64,000 nt of DNA from Candidatus Multivoradales bacterium (GTDB lineage Bacteria; Acidobacteriota; Thermoanaerobaculia; Multivoradales; J023). The stretch spans positions 4,992,001 to 5,056,000 of the forward strand of contig CBDFLE010000006.1 of the NCBI GenBank assembly GCA_965248925.1, in the 5' to 3' direction. The translations under genes and the position numbers were made by a program. Position 1 is the first letter of the stretch. Each line of letters starts with the position of its first letter. The notes under the pieces were generated by a model. That model saw nothing but the letters and a program-made list of their open reading frames with translations, was not told where the DNA came from and searched no databases. Shown piece after piece: positions 40,537 to 49,253 of the stretch.

Positions 40537-41857
40537 GATCCAAGAGCATGCTGAAGCGATCGCCAATCCTGACCCATCAGCGGGCCTGCGGCCCGATCCG
40601 GACCCGACCCAAGATGGACTGTGGAAGCTGCCGCGGCTGTGGAAATCGCTCTGCGATTCCCACAGCCGCTTGGAAAACGCCCCCCGGCCATCCAACCTGC
40701 GTTTCCCACAGCTACGCACAGCCCCGACGACGGGTTATTTGAATACAATCAACCAAGAAGAAAAGCCGGAAGGAGGGCTCCAGCTACAGCGAAAGTGGAC
40801 ACCTACAACTGAGGAGAGCGCCAGCGTCGCTTCGCTCCGACAAGTGGTCGGTTTCGATCGGAATGGCTGGTCAGTTTCGTCGGAATAGGCACTCAGTCGC
40901 CCGCCACTGCTTCACATGGCGCTGAAAGGTGCGCAGCTGCCCCTGGTGATAGCGGTCGGGATGGCGGGCCATCAGATCCTCGAAAAGCGCCTTGCCCTCC
41001 AGCTCGGGAGCCGACTCCAGGCGGGCGGTGATCGCTGGCCAATCGGCCGGGAAAGGGTCCTTGCGGGTACGCCACCGGCGGTCCGCTTTCAACTCCGACG
41101 GCAGACCACCAGCCGCCACATACCGGCGCGCCGTGTTGCGGTGAATGCCGGCTGGTAGAGAGGCCACGCCGATACCGGCGCCTTGCTTCAGCTCGCTCAT
41201 CAGTTTCCTCACTTGTGCGTCTGTAATCACGCCCGCTCCTCGGTCGAGAAAACGAGCATTTTCCCGCCTCTTGGGGGTCGCTAGCGACCCCCAAGAGGCG
41301 GGACTCGGATGCACAGGAGTAATTGTCGTCAGTGCACAGGTCTAATTGTCGCTGAGCACACCCTCGGCCTTCCTGGCGTTAACGGCGTCCAGGCGGCCTT
41401 GCGGTACCCGAGACTGGCCCCGGGGAAAACCACGCGGCCGGCCCAAGGCGGCCAGCCCACCCCCCTCGTAGCGACGCTGGTTCCGACGCCCAGTCCGCAC
41501 ATTACATCTGAACGCGCGGGCGACCTCTCGCTGCTTTGCCCAGCCCTGATCCACGAGGCTCACCATCGCGAAGGCTTCGCCTGCCCGGTCGCCCGCGGCG
41601 AAGTGAGCCAGCGGCATGCTGCTGACGACCACCACTCGGTAGCCGCCCCTCTGCTGAAGGCGGCAGCGGTCGTTGATCACCACGACCCTATCGGGAAAGC
41701 CGATGCGGTCAGGAAACAGGACGGGATTGGCGGTCGTCGGTGCCATACCAGATCATGTCTCGGCAGCGAAAAAGGCGGACAGCCTTGGGTCCGCACCCTC
41801 TCTGAGGACCGACCTTGTGTTTTCAGAGAGTTAGGAGGGGTAGGTCAGGAGGTCTGG

Positions 41858-42495
41858 AATCTGGTGACCCAATGCGATGGCAGTTTGTTCGTTGTTGGCG
41901 CGCACAACACGAAGAGAAGCGGCCGGGGTCACGATTGGGTGGATTGGTATTCGGTCACCATCGGTCCGAACAACACCGTTGGCGTGGCCAAGATCGGCAA
42001 ACACCATCTCTATTTCGACTACCCGGAAGGTAGCAGCGGTAAGTCTCGTCACTGCAATCTGCAGGCCGCGGGCGGAACCTACGTCGACCCCGACGGGCGG
42101 CTGCTGTTCTACAGCACCGAGCATGACAACGACGGGCCGATAGGCAGTGTCAAGTTCGAAGAGTTCCGCTCCAAGACTCTCGGCGACTGCCCGACCATCG
42201 ACCAAGCCTGGACCGACCTCTATGCCGACCCGGACTACAAAGACCGCGGAGTGACCCTCGACTACGCCGACCGAAACTTCGCAACTATCGTAATTGCGAC
42301 GATGTAGAGGACTTCGAAGACAGCATGTCGGGACTGCGCTGGTGCGCCCTGCCGGGGTGGCGCCTACGGCTCTACGAGCATAAGAACCCCTGCGGCGGAG
42401 CTTCGGTGGATCTGCAGAGCAGCGGCGGAATCTCGAGCATCCACTACCAGGGCTTCGGCGACAAACTCTCCTGTTCTCGGTGGCTCCACTTCTGA
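41858..42495 (+). pseudogene. 3' remnant of a gene with a beta/gamma-crystallin-like C-terminus
   Basis: 5' end cut by the IS end; frameshift near 42282; LY.DPDY..R, DSMSGLRW...GW.LRLYEH.N, GFGDKLSC.RW. Confidence 0.5.
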
Positions 42496-42525
42496 GTCAA
42501 CATTTCATATCAGCTTGTGCTAATA

Positions 42526-42539
42526 TAAGTGTACACTTA
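42526..42539. promoter_or_regulatory. probable ArsR operator
   Basis: perfect palindrome TAAGTGTACACTTA just upstream of the AAGGAGG RBS; a second imperfect IR at 42507-42526. Confidence 0.65.
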
Positions 42540-42555
42540 ATTAAGGAGGCCAGCG

Positions 42556-43191
42556 ATGGACTACAGTCAGGCGTTAGGAACGGTGTTTCAAGAGGTCCGG
42601 GAACTCGAGTACGAGGGCAAGCCGGCCAGAGCGGTAGAGGGTTCGCGTTTCTATCCGACCGATGCTGCCGACCTGTGGGACGCACTGACCAACGCCGAGC
42701 GCATTCCACGGTGGTTTCTCCCTATCCGCGGCGACTTGCAGCTAGGTGGTCGTTACCAACTCGAAGGGAACGCGGCTGGAACCGTCACGCGGTGCGATCC
42801 ACCACAAGCCCTCGAGGTAACCTGGGAATTCGGCGGAAACGTGAGCTGGGTGAGTGCGCAGCTAGCACCGGGAAAAGATGGCGTCCGCCTGACCTTGGTG
42901 CACACCATGCTGAAGGACGAGGCCGGCGAGGCGCATTGGGCGACTTATGGCCCCGGCGCCACAGGGGTGGGCTGGGACCTGTCGTTCCTGGGTCTGGGGC
43001 TGCATCTCGAGAGTGGCGGAGAGAATCTTGACCGGGCGGCTGGCGAAGCGTGGCTGGCCTCGGATCCGGGCAAGAGTTTCATCCGCGCCTGTGCCGAGTC
43101 CTGGGGCCAGGCCCACATTAAGGCTGGCGAGAATGAGCAGGTCGCTCAGGCGATGGCCGAGCGCACGGCCAGCTTCTACGCCGGCGAATGA
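42556..43191 (+). CDS. SRPBCC/AHSA1 (START-like) protein
   Basis: DLWDALT.AERI.RWF, CDPP..L.VTW, GVGWD. Confidence 0.9.
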   Translation: MDYSQALGTVFQEVRELEYEGKPARAVEGSRFYPTDAADLWDALTNAERIPRWFLPIRGDLQLGGRYQLEGNAAGTVTRCDPPQALEVTWEFGGNVSWVSAQLAPGKDGVRLTLVHTMLKDEAGEAHWATYGPGATGVGWDLSFLGLGLHLESGGENLDRAAGEAWLASDPGKSFIRACAESWGQAHIKAGENEQVAQAMAERTASFYAGE

Positions 43192-43520
43192 TGCACGCCT
43201 TTGGCGTCCTCGGCGACCCCGTCAGGCGGCGCATCCTAGAGATCCTCGCCGAGGACGGTCACGCTTCGGGAGAGATCGTGGGGATCGTAGGCCGAGAGTT
43301 CGGCATCACCCAGTCCGCTATCTCCCAGCACTTGAAAGTTCTGCGAGACAATGGTTTCGCAACGGTTCAGGTCGAGGGACCGCGCAGGATCTACGAGATC
43401 GACCCAAGTCCGATCGCCGAAGTCGATCAGTGGCTGGAGCGCTTTCGCCGCTTCTGGGCACCTAAGCTCGACGCCCTAGCGATGGAAGTCGAGCGCGGCA
43501 AGCGGCAGCGCCGAAAGTAA
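43188..43520 (+). CDS. ArsR/SmtB-family regulator
   Basis: LGDPVRRRILE.L, ITQSAISQHLKVLRDNG. Confidence 0.93.
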   Translation: MMHAFGVLGDPVRRRILEILAEDGHASGEIVGIVGREFGITQSAISQHLKVLRDNGFATVQVEGPRRIYEIDPSPIAEVDQWLERFRRFWAPKLDALAMEVERGKRQRRK

Positions 43521-43526
43521 ATCCCT

Positions 43527-43554
43527 CCAAAAAGGTTCCACCCCTTTCTGGGAG
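43527..43554. repeat. 28-bp direct repeat, copy 2
   Basis: identical to 35399-35426. Confidence 0.85.
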
Positions 43555-43615
43555 GGGGAACCTTACGCACGGTAGTGTGGTAGGAGGGGGTGCGTGAGCC
43601 CCCCCTCCTACCCGC

Positions 43616-43810
43616 TCGGCCGCGGCGGCGATCACCGAGAGCGGCGGGCCGTTGTCGCACGGTGCGATCACCGCTCGCGAGGTCGGCGTGCCGGCGGCAA
43701 TGGCGGTCAGCGGGTCGCTGAGCAGCTTGGCGGATGGCGAGGTGGTGCGGGTCAATAGTGGCCGTGGTTCGGTGGAGCGCTTGGCCGGCGTAGTAGAGAC
43801 CGCCGCCTGA
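43616..43810 (+). pseudogene. PEP-utilising enzyme phosphohistidine (mobile) domain remnant
   Basis: my translation: ITESGGPLSHGAITAREVGVPAAMAV...LADGEVVRVNSGRGSV; no start codon. Confidence 0.75.
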
Positions 43811-44600
43811 GGTAGCCGTTACCTAGTTGCAAGTCCGTCAGCAGCGATGGGCCGCTGTCGACCAGCGGGATGTTCTCGAGGCGAAGTGTTACGTTGGCAC
43901 GGGTCGCTTCGGCGGCCAGCTTGACGGCGAGAAAAGTGGCGCCGCGGCCACTGACGAGGCTCGCCGCTGGAATCCGCAGCACGGTGACGCCGGCTAGCTG
44001 AGTCACGTTCGGGGAAGCGGTGGGCATGCCGAGGGCGATCTCGGCGCACGTGGCCATTCTCGCCCGGTGGTTCCCCTGCAGGTAGAGCCGCGTCGGATCG
44101 ATGCAGAATACGCTATCGAGTAAGGTCGGGGAGTCGTGAATCGCGTGATAGCTGATGGCTGACCAGGCAATCTCTGGCACTTGCCTGAGCCGGCTGAGCA
44201 GCCGGCCGACTACCGGCCCACCGTCGGCTCTCGCCAGCCAGCTCAATCGCTCGCTCTGGTGGATGATCATCGGTGCATGTTGTGGGCCGTTGGCTAGAGG
44301 TTCGGGATGCGGTATCAAGCCAAGCAGGCGCAGCACGCGGCGCCGCAAAGGCGCAGAGATTCCGGCCCTCCAGCGCACCGCGATCCGACGTGAGTCGGGG
44401 CGGCAAGTGCCGAAGCTAGGATGGGTAAAGTCGGCTTTCCCGGCCAGTGCTCTGCCGCCTTTCCCTAGTTTGACGCTGTTGCCAGCGGTGTTGTGATTGT
44501 CAGGGTTCATGGGACCTTTACCGAGGTGTCTGACTGCGGCGGAGCCTTTCCTTTGCCGACGACTCTCCAGGCTCCGCCGCTATTCACTGGGTGGTTCCAG

Positions 44601-45014
44601 TCACTTGGTGATGACCGCTCGTAGTGTTCCCTTGTCGGTGGCTTCGAATTCGCCGAAGCCGGTGATGCCGTCAGAGAAGAGCACGACAATGCGGGCTCCC
44701 GACATGTCGAGTACCCGCACTCCTGAGGAGGTGTCGCCGGTGAAGTCGGGGTCGATACCGGCGAATTTCACCGTGTCGCCTGGGTCGAAGTTCGAGAAGC
44801 GGATGAAAACAACTTCGCTGTCCAGTCCTACCGTGGACGTTACCGCCGCGCGGCCGGAGAACGAGCCGAATGAATCCCATGTAGTTGGGAACTTCGCAGT
44901 GCGTCCGCTGATGCCGAAGGCGCGAACTGAGCATTTGCTGGAGTTGTCGAGGGTCAGATTGATGCTGAAGGAATTTAGCGGTCCTGAGAAGGTTGCGACT
45001 AGTTCTTGTGCCAT
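44601..45014 (-). CDS. hypothetical 137-aa beta-rich protein
   Basis: AGGAG RBS, natural-looking composition, no recognisable motif. Confidence 0.7.
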   Translation of the reverse strand: MAQELVATFSGPLNSFSINLTLDNSSKCSVRAFGISGRTAKFPTTWDSFGSFSGRAAVTSTVGLDSEVVFIRFSNFDPGDTVKFAGIDPDFTGDTSSGVRVLDMSGARIVVLFSDGITGFGEFEATDKGTLRAVITK

Positions 45015-45067
45015 TGTGTTTGCTCCTGGTTCTATCAGTCAGTTTTAGATAATGGTCATTGTCAGGA

Positions 45068-46340
45068 CACTGCTGTCCCGTTAACTTCCGACGATTACCA
45101 GTTGTCTTTCGTCTAGTCCTGGGATCGGCGGCGGCTCTCGTTTCAAGAGGGCCATGAGGTCGCGGCGCTCAAAGAGGTTCAATTGAAGGAGGCGCAAGGC
45201 CTCCCGTAAACTACTGGAAAGACGGTGCTTGTGCTTGATGAAAGCGAGCAATAGGTAGACGCACATGGCGATCCAAAGCTGAGTCAGCACGGCGTTGCGG
45301 CTGGTGCCGACGAAAGTCTTGATCTTCAGATTCTGCTTGATCCACTTGAAGAAGAGTTCAATTTGCCAACGTTCGTGGTAGATATCGGCAATGGTCTGAG
45401 GTGACAGGCGGAACAGGTTCGTCAAGAAATAGTAGATCTTGCCGGTCTCAGGGTCGCGATAGCCTACTCTCCGCAGAGGCATCGGGCAGTCACGACACGC
45501 CTTCACACCGGTCCATTCGATCGTTTGGTCGCTCATCAAACCCTTGGAACGATTGACTCTTCGACGTTCGGTCACGCGGTACTTGGCCCCGCGCTTCAGA
45601 CGGGTCACAAAGAAAAGACCCTTCTCGCTCAGCTGACGAAACCAGCTGTAGCTGTTGTAACCACGATCACAAGCTACGATGCTTCCTCGTGGCAGCGTCA
45701 GGCTCTTGCAGCCCGCGATGTCACCTGTTTTTCCATCCGAGATCGCAACGAAGGCAGGCAAGTAGCCACCGTGATCCAACCCCACATGCAGCTTGATCGC
45801 TCCCTTGGTCGTACGAAACTTCGCCCATGGGAATATCGACAGACAGAGGTCTATCACCGAGGCGTCAAGCGAGAACAAGCGGTTCTTGAACCGGAACGTA
45901 TGCTTGGGCGCCACTGCCTGAGCATGCCCCAGAAGTCTCCCAAATAGCTCTTCAAAAAGGAGATAGGGCTTCTCTTCGTTGATCCGTGCCAAGTTAGATC
46001 GCGACAGGACTCGGCAGCCGAGATGGTAGAGCTTGTGCCGCTGCGCTCGTAGATTGTCAACGATGTCGCGCAAGCTAGAACGCCCGGACAGCTGGGCCAT
46101 CATCAGAGCCACCAGCTGCGACCAGCGGCTCGCAGTGCGGAACTGGCGACCGGCGTGGTGGCGTTTTGCGAGGGCCTCGAATTCATGTCTCGAAATCAGT
46201 TGCAGTAGCTGGGCGAAGACGGTGCTATGATGTGCCAAGGCTCAGATCTCCCTTTGATTCAGCCGTTTAGCGATGACTGATTCTATCAAGACCAGGGAGG
46301 TTTGAGCCTATTTTTCTGCGAAGTTAACGGGACAGCAGTG
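45068..46340 (-). mobile_element. intact IS4-family element
   Basis: perfect 20-bp IR cactgctgtcccgttaactt; 9-bp duplication TTGTCAGGA (45059-45067, 46341-46349). Confidence 0.97.
45081..46238 (-). CDS. IS4-family transposase (DUF4372 + DDE_Tnp_1 type)
   Basis: SLDAS, CDRGY, Y..RWQIELFFKWIKQ. Confidence 0.95.
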   Translation of the reverse strand: MAHHSTVFAQLLQLISRHEFEALAKRHHAGRQFRTASRWSQLVALMMAQLSGRSSLRDIVDNLRAQRHKLYHLGCRVLSRSNLARINEEKPYLLFEELFGRLLGHAQAVAPKHTFRFKNRLFSLDASVIDLCLSIFPWAKFRTTKGAIKLHVGLDHGGYLPAFVAISDGKTGDIAGCKSLTLPRGSIVACDRGYNSYSWFRQLSEKGLFFVTRLKRGAKYRVTERRRVNRSKGLMSDQTIEWTGVKACRDCPMPLRRVGYRDPETGKIYYFLTNLFRLSPQTIADIYHERWQIELFFKWIKQNLKIKTFVGTSRNAVLTQLWIAMCVYLLLAFIKHKHRLSSSLREALRLLQLNLFERRDLMALLKREPPPIPGLDERQLVIVGS

Positions 46341-46519
46341 TTGTCAGGACCATTTCTGATTAGATTACTATTGGTATAGTCCAGAAGACTCAAGGAAGGT
46401 TTAGAAATAGATCCTGGAGAGGTGATTGTTCAGGATAATACGGTGATGATCATGAGCTGCCTAGGCTTCGTTGAAGACCGAAGCAGCTCAGTAGTCGGTA
46501 TGCACATGCCACCTGAGCT

Positions 46520-49048
46520 TTAGCTCGGTTGTTGAGCGAGTCGCCAGGTGATCCGGCCAACTTCCTCGCCTTCGAACAGCTGGCGGATGACCAGCGAGGA
46601 GCCGGCTGCTGTTCCCTGCGGCAAAGTCACCGTGAAGGAAGCTATGTAAGGTGGCTCGGCGGCGAGCTGCACGGCGGGGAATCCCAGTCGCGGAGCGCGC
46701 GGCAGCTGCAAGTCCATGCCCGGTGGGTCAGTCGCCGGCTGGGCGGGAGGCAGGCGATCGTTCCACAATCTGGCGGCCAGATGGCGCGGCACCCGCAAAG
46801 TCACCTCAGTGCCTGGCGGCATGCTCTGCAGGATCTCGAAGTCGAAGACTCTGGGTCGATCGGCAGCGCCGACAATACAGAAGTAAAGGCGACTGCTGGG
46901 GTTGGCGTCCTCGACAATGCTTCGCTTGGCGTGCTGGCGGTTGAAGCTGAGGAACTCGCGCCAGCGAAAGTAGGGACGGGGCGGTGGCAGTGCCGGCGTT
47001 GGATCCTGGCAGTAGTCGAGCACCGCCAGGAAAGAGGCGTCTGCCGTGCTGGCCTGGTGGTCCAGACCTACCGCATGTGGCTGATTGCCTGCTGGCACGT
47101 CTATCTTTGGCGTGCCGCCGATCCGGTTCGCCGTCGTTGGTAGGATCAAGGTCGAGAGGGGCAGCTGGTAGACCGTGGCCTCGGCCTCGGTGGTGGCCAG
47201 CCCGTAGTTGCGCAGCTGCAGTGTGATGCTGCCGTCGACGGCCACCTCGAGGTCCGGACTGGAGCAGGTGACGTGGCCGGAGAGTCCGTCGCCATCGTCC
47301 CCCAGGTGGGCCCGCAGGTAAACCCGCGGGTCCAGCGCCAGGCTCTTGCAGATGGCGCCCAGATCGGGCATCACGCCAATGTGTCCCGCCACGCCGCCGC
47401 CTTGTCGAGTGCCGGTAGTGCGGTCGGCGAGGATGGCGCGCATCTGGCTCGGTGAGAGCCGCTGTCCGGCTTTCGATTGGTGTATGTTCTGCAAGATCAA
47501 GGCGGCGCCGGCGACGATCGGTACGGCGCTGCTGGTACCGCCGAAAGTCTGCGTGTGGGCGTTGTTCTGGCGATCGTCGAGATCGCCGTAGCCGGTCGTC
47601 ACCACCCCTTCACCGCAGGCGAAGCAGTCGAGCCGCGAGCCGTAATTCGAGAACCGAGCGCGGTCGTTCGGGTAGCGCGAGCGTGATGCACCGACCAGGA
47701 TCGCTCCGGAGTCGCGGAAGCCGCCCCGTCGGCGGTCGAGCACCGCGCGGCCCGAGGGATCGCGGTAGGAGTCGAGGTCGAAGCCGCCGTTGCCGGCTGC
47801 CGCGACGACGATCAACCCATGTGCCGTCGCCAGCCGGATGGCCGCGAAGTCGGCCGGGTCGACCTCGGCTGGCAAGAAGCCGCGTTGCACCTCGACCAGC
47901 AACACGTCTCCCGGCTGCAGGGTCGTTCCTTCGGTGAGGTCGTCCACCGCCGCGGTGATCGCATCCGCCACGTTGCCGGCCCCTTGGCCAGCGAGAAAGT
48001 GCGACAGCAGGTGGACTTGACTGCCCGGTGCGACGCCCTCGATGCCGCTGCTGTTGCGACTGGCGGCGAGCTGGCCAACCACCGCGGTGCCGTGATGGCC
48101 GCGGTAGGTGTCCGGCCCCTGGCCGTTCGCCTGGTGGCGATTGTTGCCGTGCAGCAGGGCTGGAATGCCGTCGTCCCACAGCTCGTCGTTGGCGACCCAG
48201 CCTTGCTCGAGGTCGACGGCGTCGACCCTCTGGCCGTTGGTCAGTGGCCTGGCCCAGCTGGCGCCGATGCCGACCGGAGCCCGATCGAGGTAGTGCTGGT
48301 GCTGGGCGAAGGCGTCGGCAGACTGCGGGTCGTTGGCGGCCAGCTCGCGGTAGGCGAGATCGACCCAGACAAGATCGTTGAGCAGGCTGATAGCACGCTC
48401 CGCCGCCGCCGCCGGAAGATGCCTCGCATCGACCCGGCGATAGGCCGCCAAGCTGTGCGATGGTGGCCAGGGGGTCTTGCTGGCCCGCTCCTCGAGCTCG
48501 AGAATTCGCTGCTGACTGTCTCGGTGATATTCCGGCCCGTACCTCGGCAGGTTGACCAAATTCCGCGGACGCCCCTTCTCCGAGCGCAGTAGAGAGACGA
48601 CGCTTTGCAGGTCCGACTCTTCCTCGGTTTTGGCTGCCAGCAGTCGGTAGGGCCAGCTCAGCTGGGCGCGCTGATGCTCGAGCGACTCGCTGAGCAGCTG
48701 CTGCAGGGTGTCGGCGTCGGCCAGGGTGTGCTGCTTGCGTAGACGGATGATGATCGAGCCGCTGTACTCCGCCTCGGGTACCGGAAACTCGTGGGATCGC
48801 GGTCCAGTGGCGATGTTATCTACCGCTGCCGCGGCTGCCCCCGGAAGGGTCGCTTGGCCCAGCCTGGTGGATGGAGGACCCAGCCTGGTGGATGGGTCCT
48901 CCAGCGGAACCAGCACTGGGCTGTCTTCTGGGTCGAGCCGCTGCTGGACTGTGTTGGCAGGATCCTCGAGGGGCACGAGTACTGGACTATCCTCGGGGTC
49001 TCCGATCTGGCCAAAAGAGCCCCCGGCTGGGTTCTTGAAATTGTGCAT
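46520..49048 (-). CDS. S8 subtilisin-like serine protease
   Basis: triad VDLEQG, HHGTAV, GTSSAVP; AAGNG; AGGAGG RBS; no obvious signal peptide. Confidence 0.9.
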   Translation of the reverse strand: MHNFKNPAGGSFGQIGDPEDSPVLVPLEDPANTVQQRLDPEDSPVLVPLEDPSTRLGPPSTRLGQATLPGAAAAAVDNIATGPRSHEFPVPEAEYSGSIIIRLRKQHTLADADTLQQLLSESLEHQRAQLSWPYRLLAAKTEEESDLQSVVSLLRSEKGRPRNLVNLPRYGPEYHRDSQQRILELEERASKTPWPPSHSLAAYRRVDARHLPAAAAERAISLLNDLVWVDLAYRELAANDPQSADAFAQHQHYLDRAPVGIGASWARPLTNGQRVDAVDLEQGWVANDELWDDGIPALLHGNNRHQANGQGPDTYRGHHGTAVVGQLAASRNSSGIEGVAPGSQVHLLSHFLAGQGAGNVADAITAAVDDLTEGTTLQPGDVLLVEVQRGFLPAEVDPADFAAIRLATAHGLIVVAAAGNGGFDLDSYRDPSGRAVLDRRRGGFRDSGAILVGASRSRYPNDRARFSNYGSRLDCFACGEGVVTTGYGDLDDRQNNAHTQTFGGTSSAVPIVAGAALILQNIHQSKAGQRLSPSQMRAILADRTTGTRQGGGVAGHIGVMPDLGAICKSLALDPRVYLRAHLGDDGDGLSGHVTCSSPDLEVAVDGSITLQLRNYGLATTEAEATVYQLPLSTLILPTTANRIGGTPKIDVPAGNQPHAVGLDHQASTADASFLAVLDYCQDPTPALPPPRPYFRWREFLSFNRQHAKRSIVEDANPSSRLYFCIVGAADRPRVFDFEILQSMPPGTEVTLRVPRHLAARLWNDRLPPAQPATDPPGMDLQLPRAPRLGFPAVQLAAEPPYIASFTVTLPQGTAAGSSLVIRQLFEGEEVGRITWRLAQQPS

Positions 49049-49253
49049 GGCGCCTCCTTGCGAAAGTATTGAAATCGACCTCCGAGATACGGATCTCTGC
49101 GTCCGTGGGAGGCGCCAGCTTGGTGGTCCCAGCTTGGCGATCCCAGAATGTGACAGGTGCAGGGGTCTCTAGACGCTGCTAGAGAATGTTGATCTCGGTA
49201 GCTCTGCTGAGCGGGTTCTGTTGTTCTAAGAGTCCGGTGTCGGGCTGTGGGGT

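Larger units (their letters stand above)
37990..40891 (+). mobile_element. intact IS21-family element (inner)
   Basis: TGCCT...AGGCA ends with multiple subterminal repeats; perfect 6-bp duplication CTCAGT (37984-37989, 40892-40897). Confidence 0.95.
36838..41230 (-). pseudogene. istA: IstA transposase (outer IS21), split at WRATE/GPEKEV
   Basis: N-part 41230-40892, C-part 37989-36838 (QTDF, TDN, NGDIE). Confidence 0.9.
35885..41360 (-). mobile_element. IS21-family element (outer), interrupted by a second IS21
   Basis: TG...CA ends tgtgcatcagcgacaattaga / tctaattgtcgctgagcaca; near-perfect 5-bp duplication CCCTT/CCCTC. Confidence 0.9.
35596..41857 (-). mobile_element. internally deleted relative of the 29597-32127 IS, split by an IS21
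   Basis: IRs at 35596 and 41857; transposase N-terminus at 41746-41361 resumes at 35884 (GVSNREIG..LGIDEKAVRK) and is truncated after the third internal palindrome. Confidence 0.85.

Noticed and set aside
41309-42307. 332-aa ORF as a single gene
   Set aside because: Antisense transposase remnant fused by chance to a truncated gene
43752-44510. 252-aa ORF with a weak STAS-like stretch
   Set aside because: No convincing motif, overlaps another remnant, likely decayed or spurious
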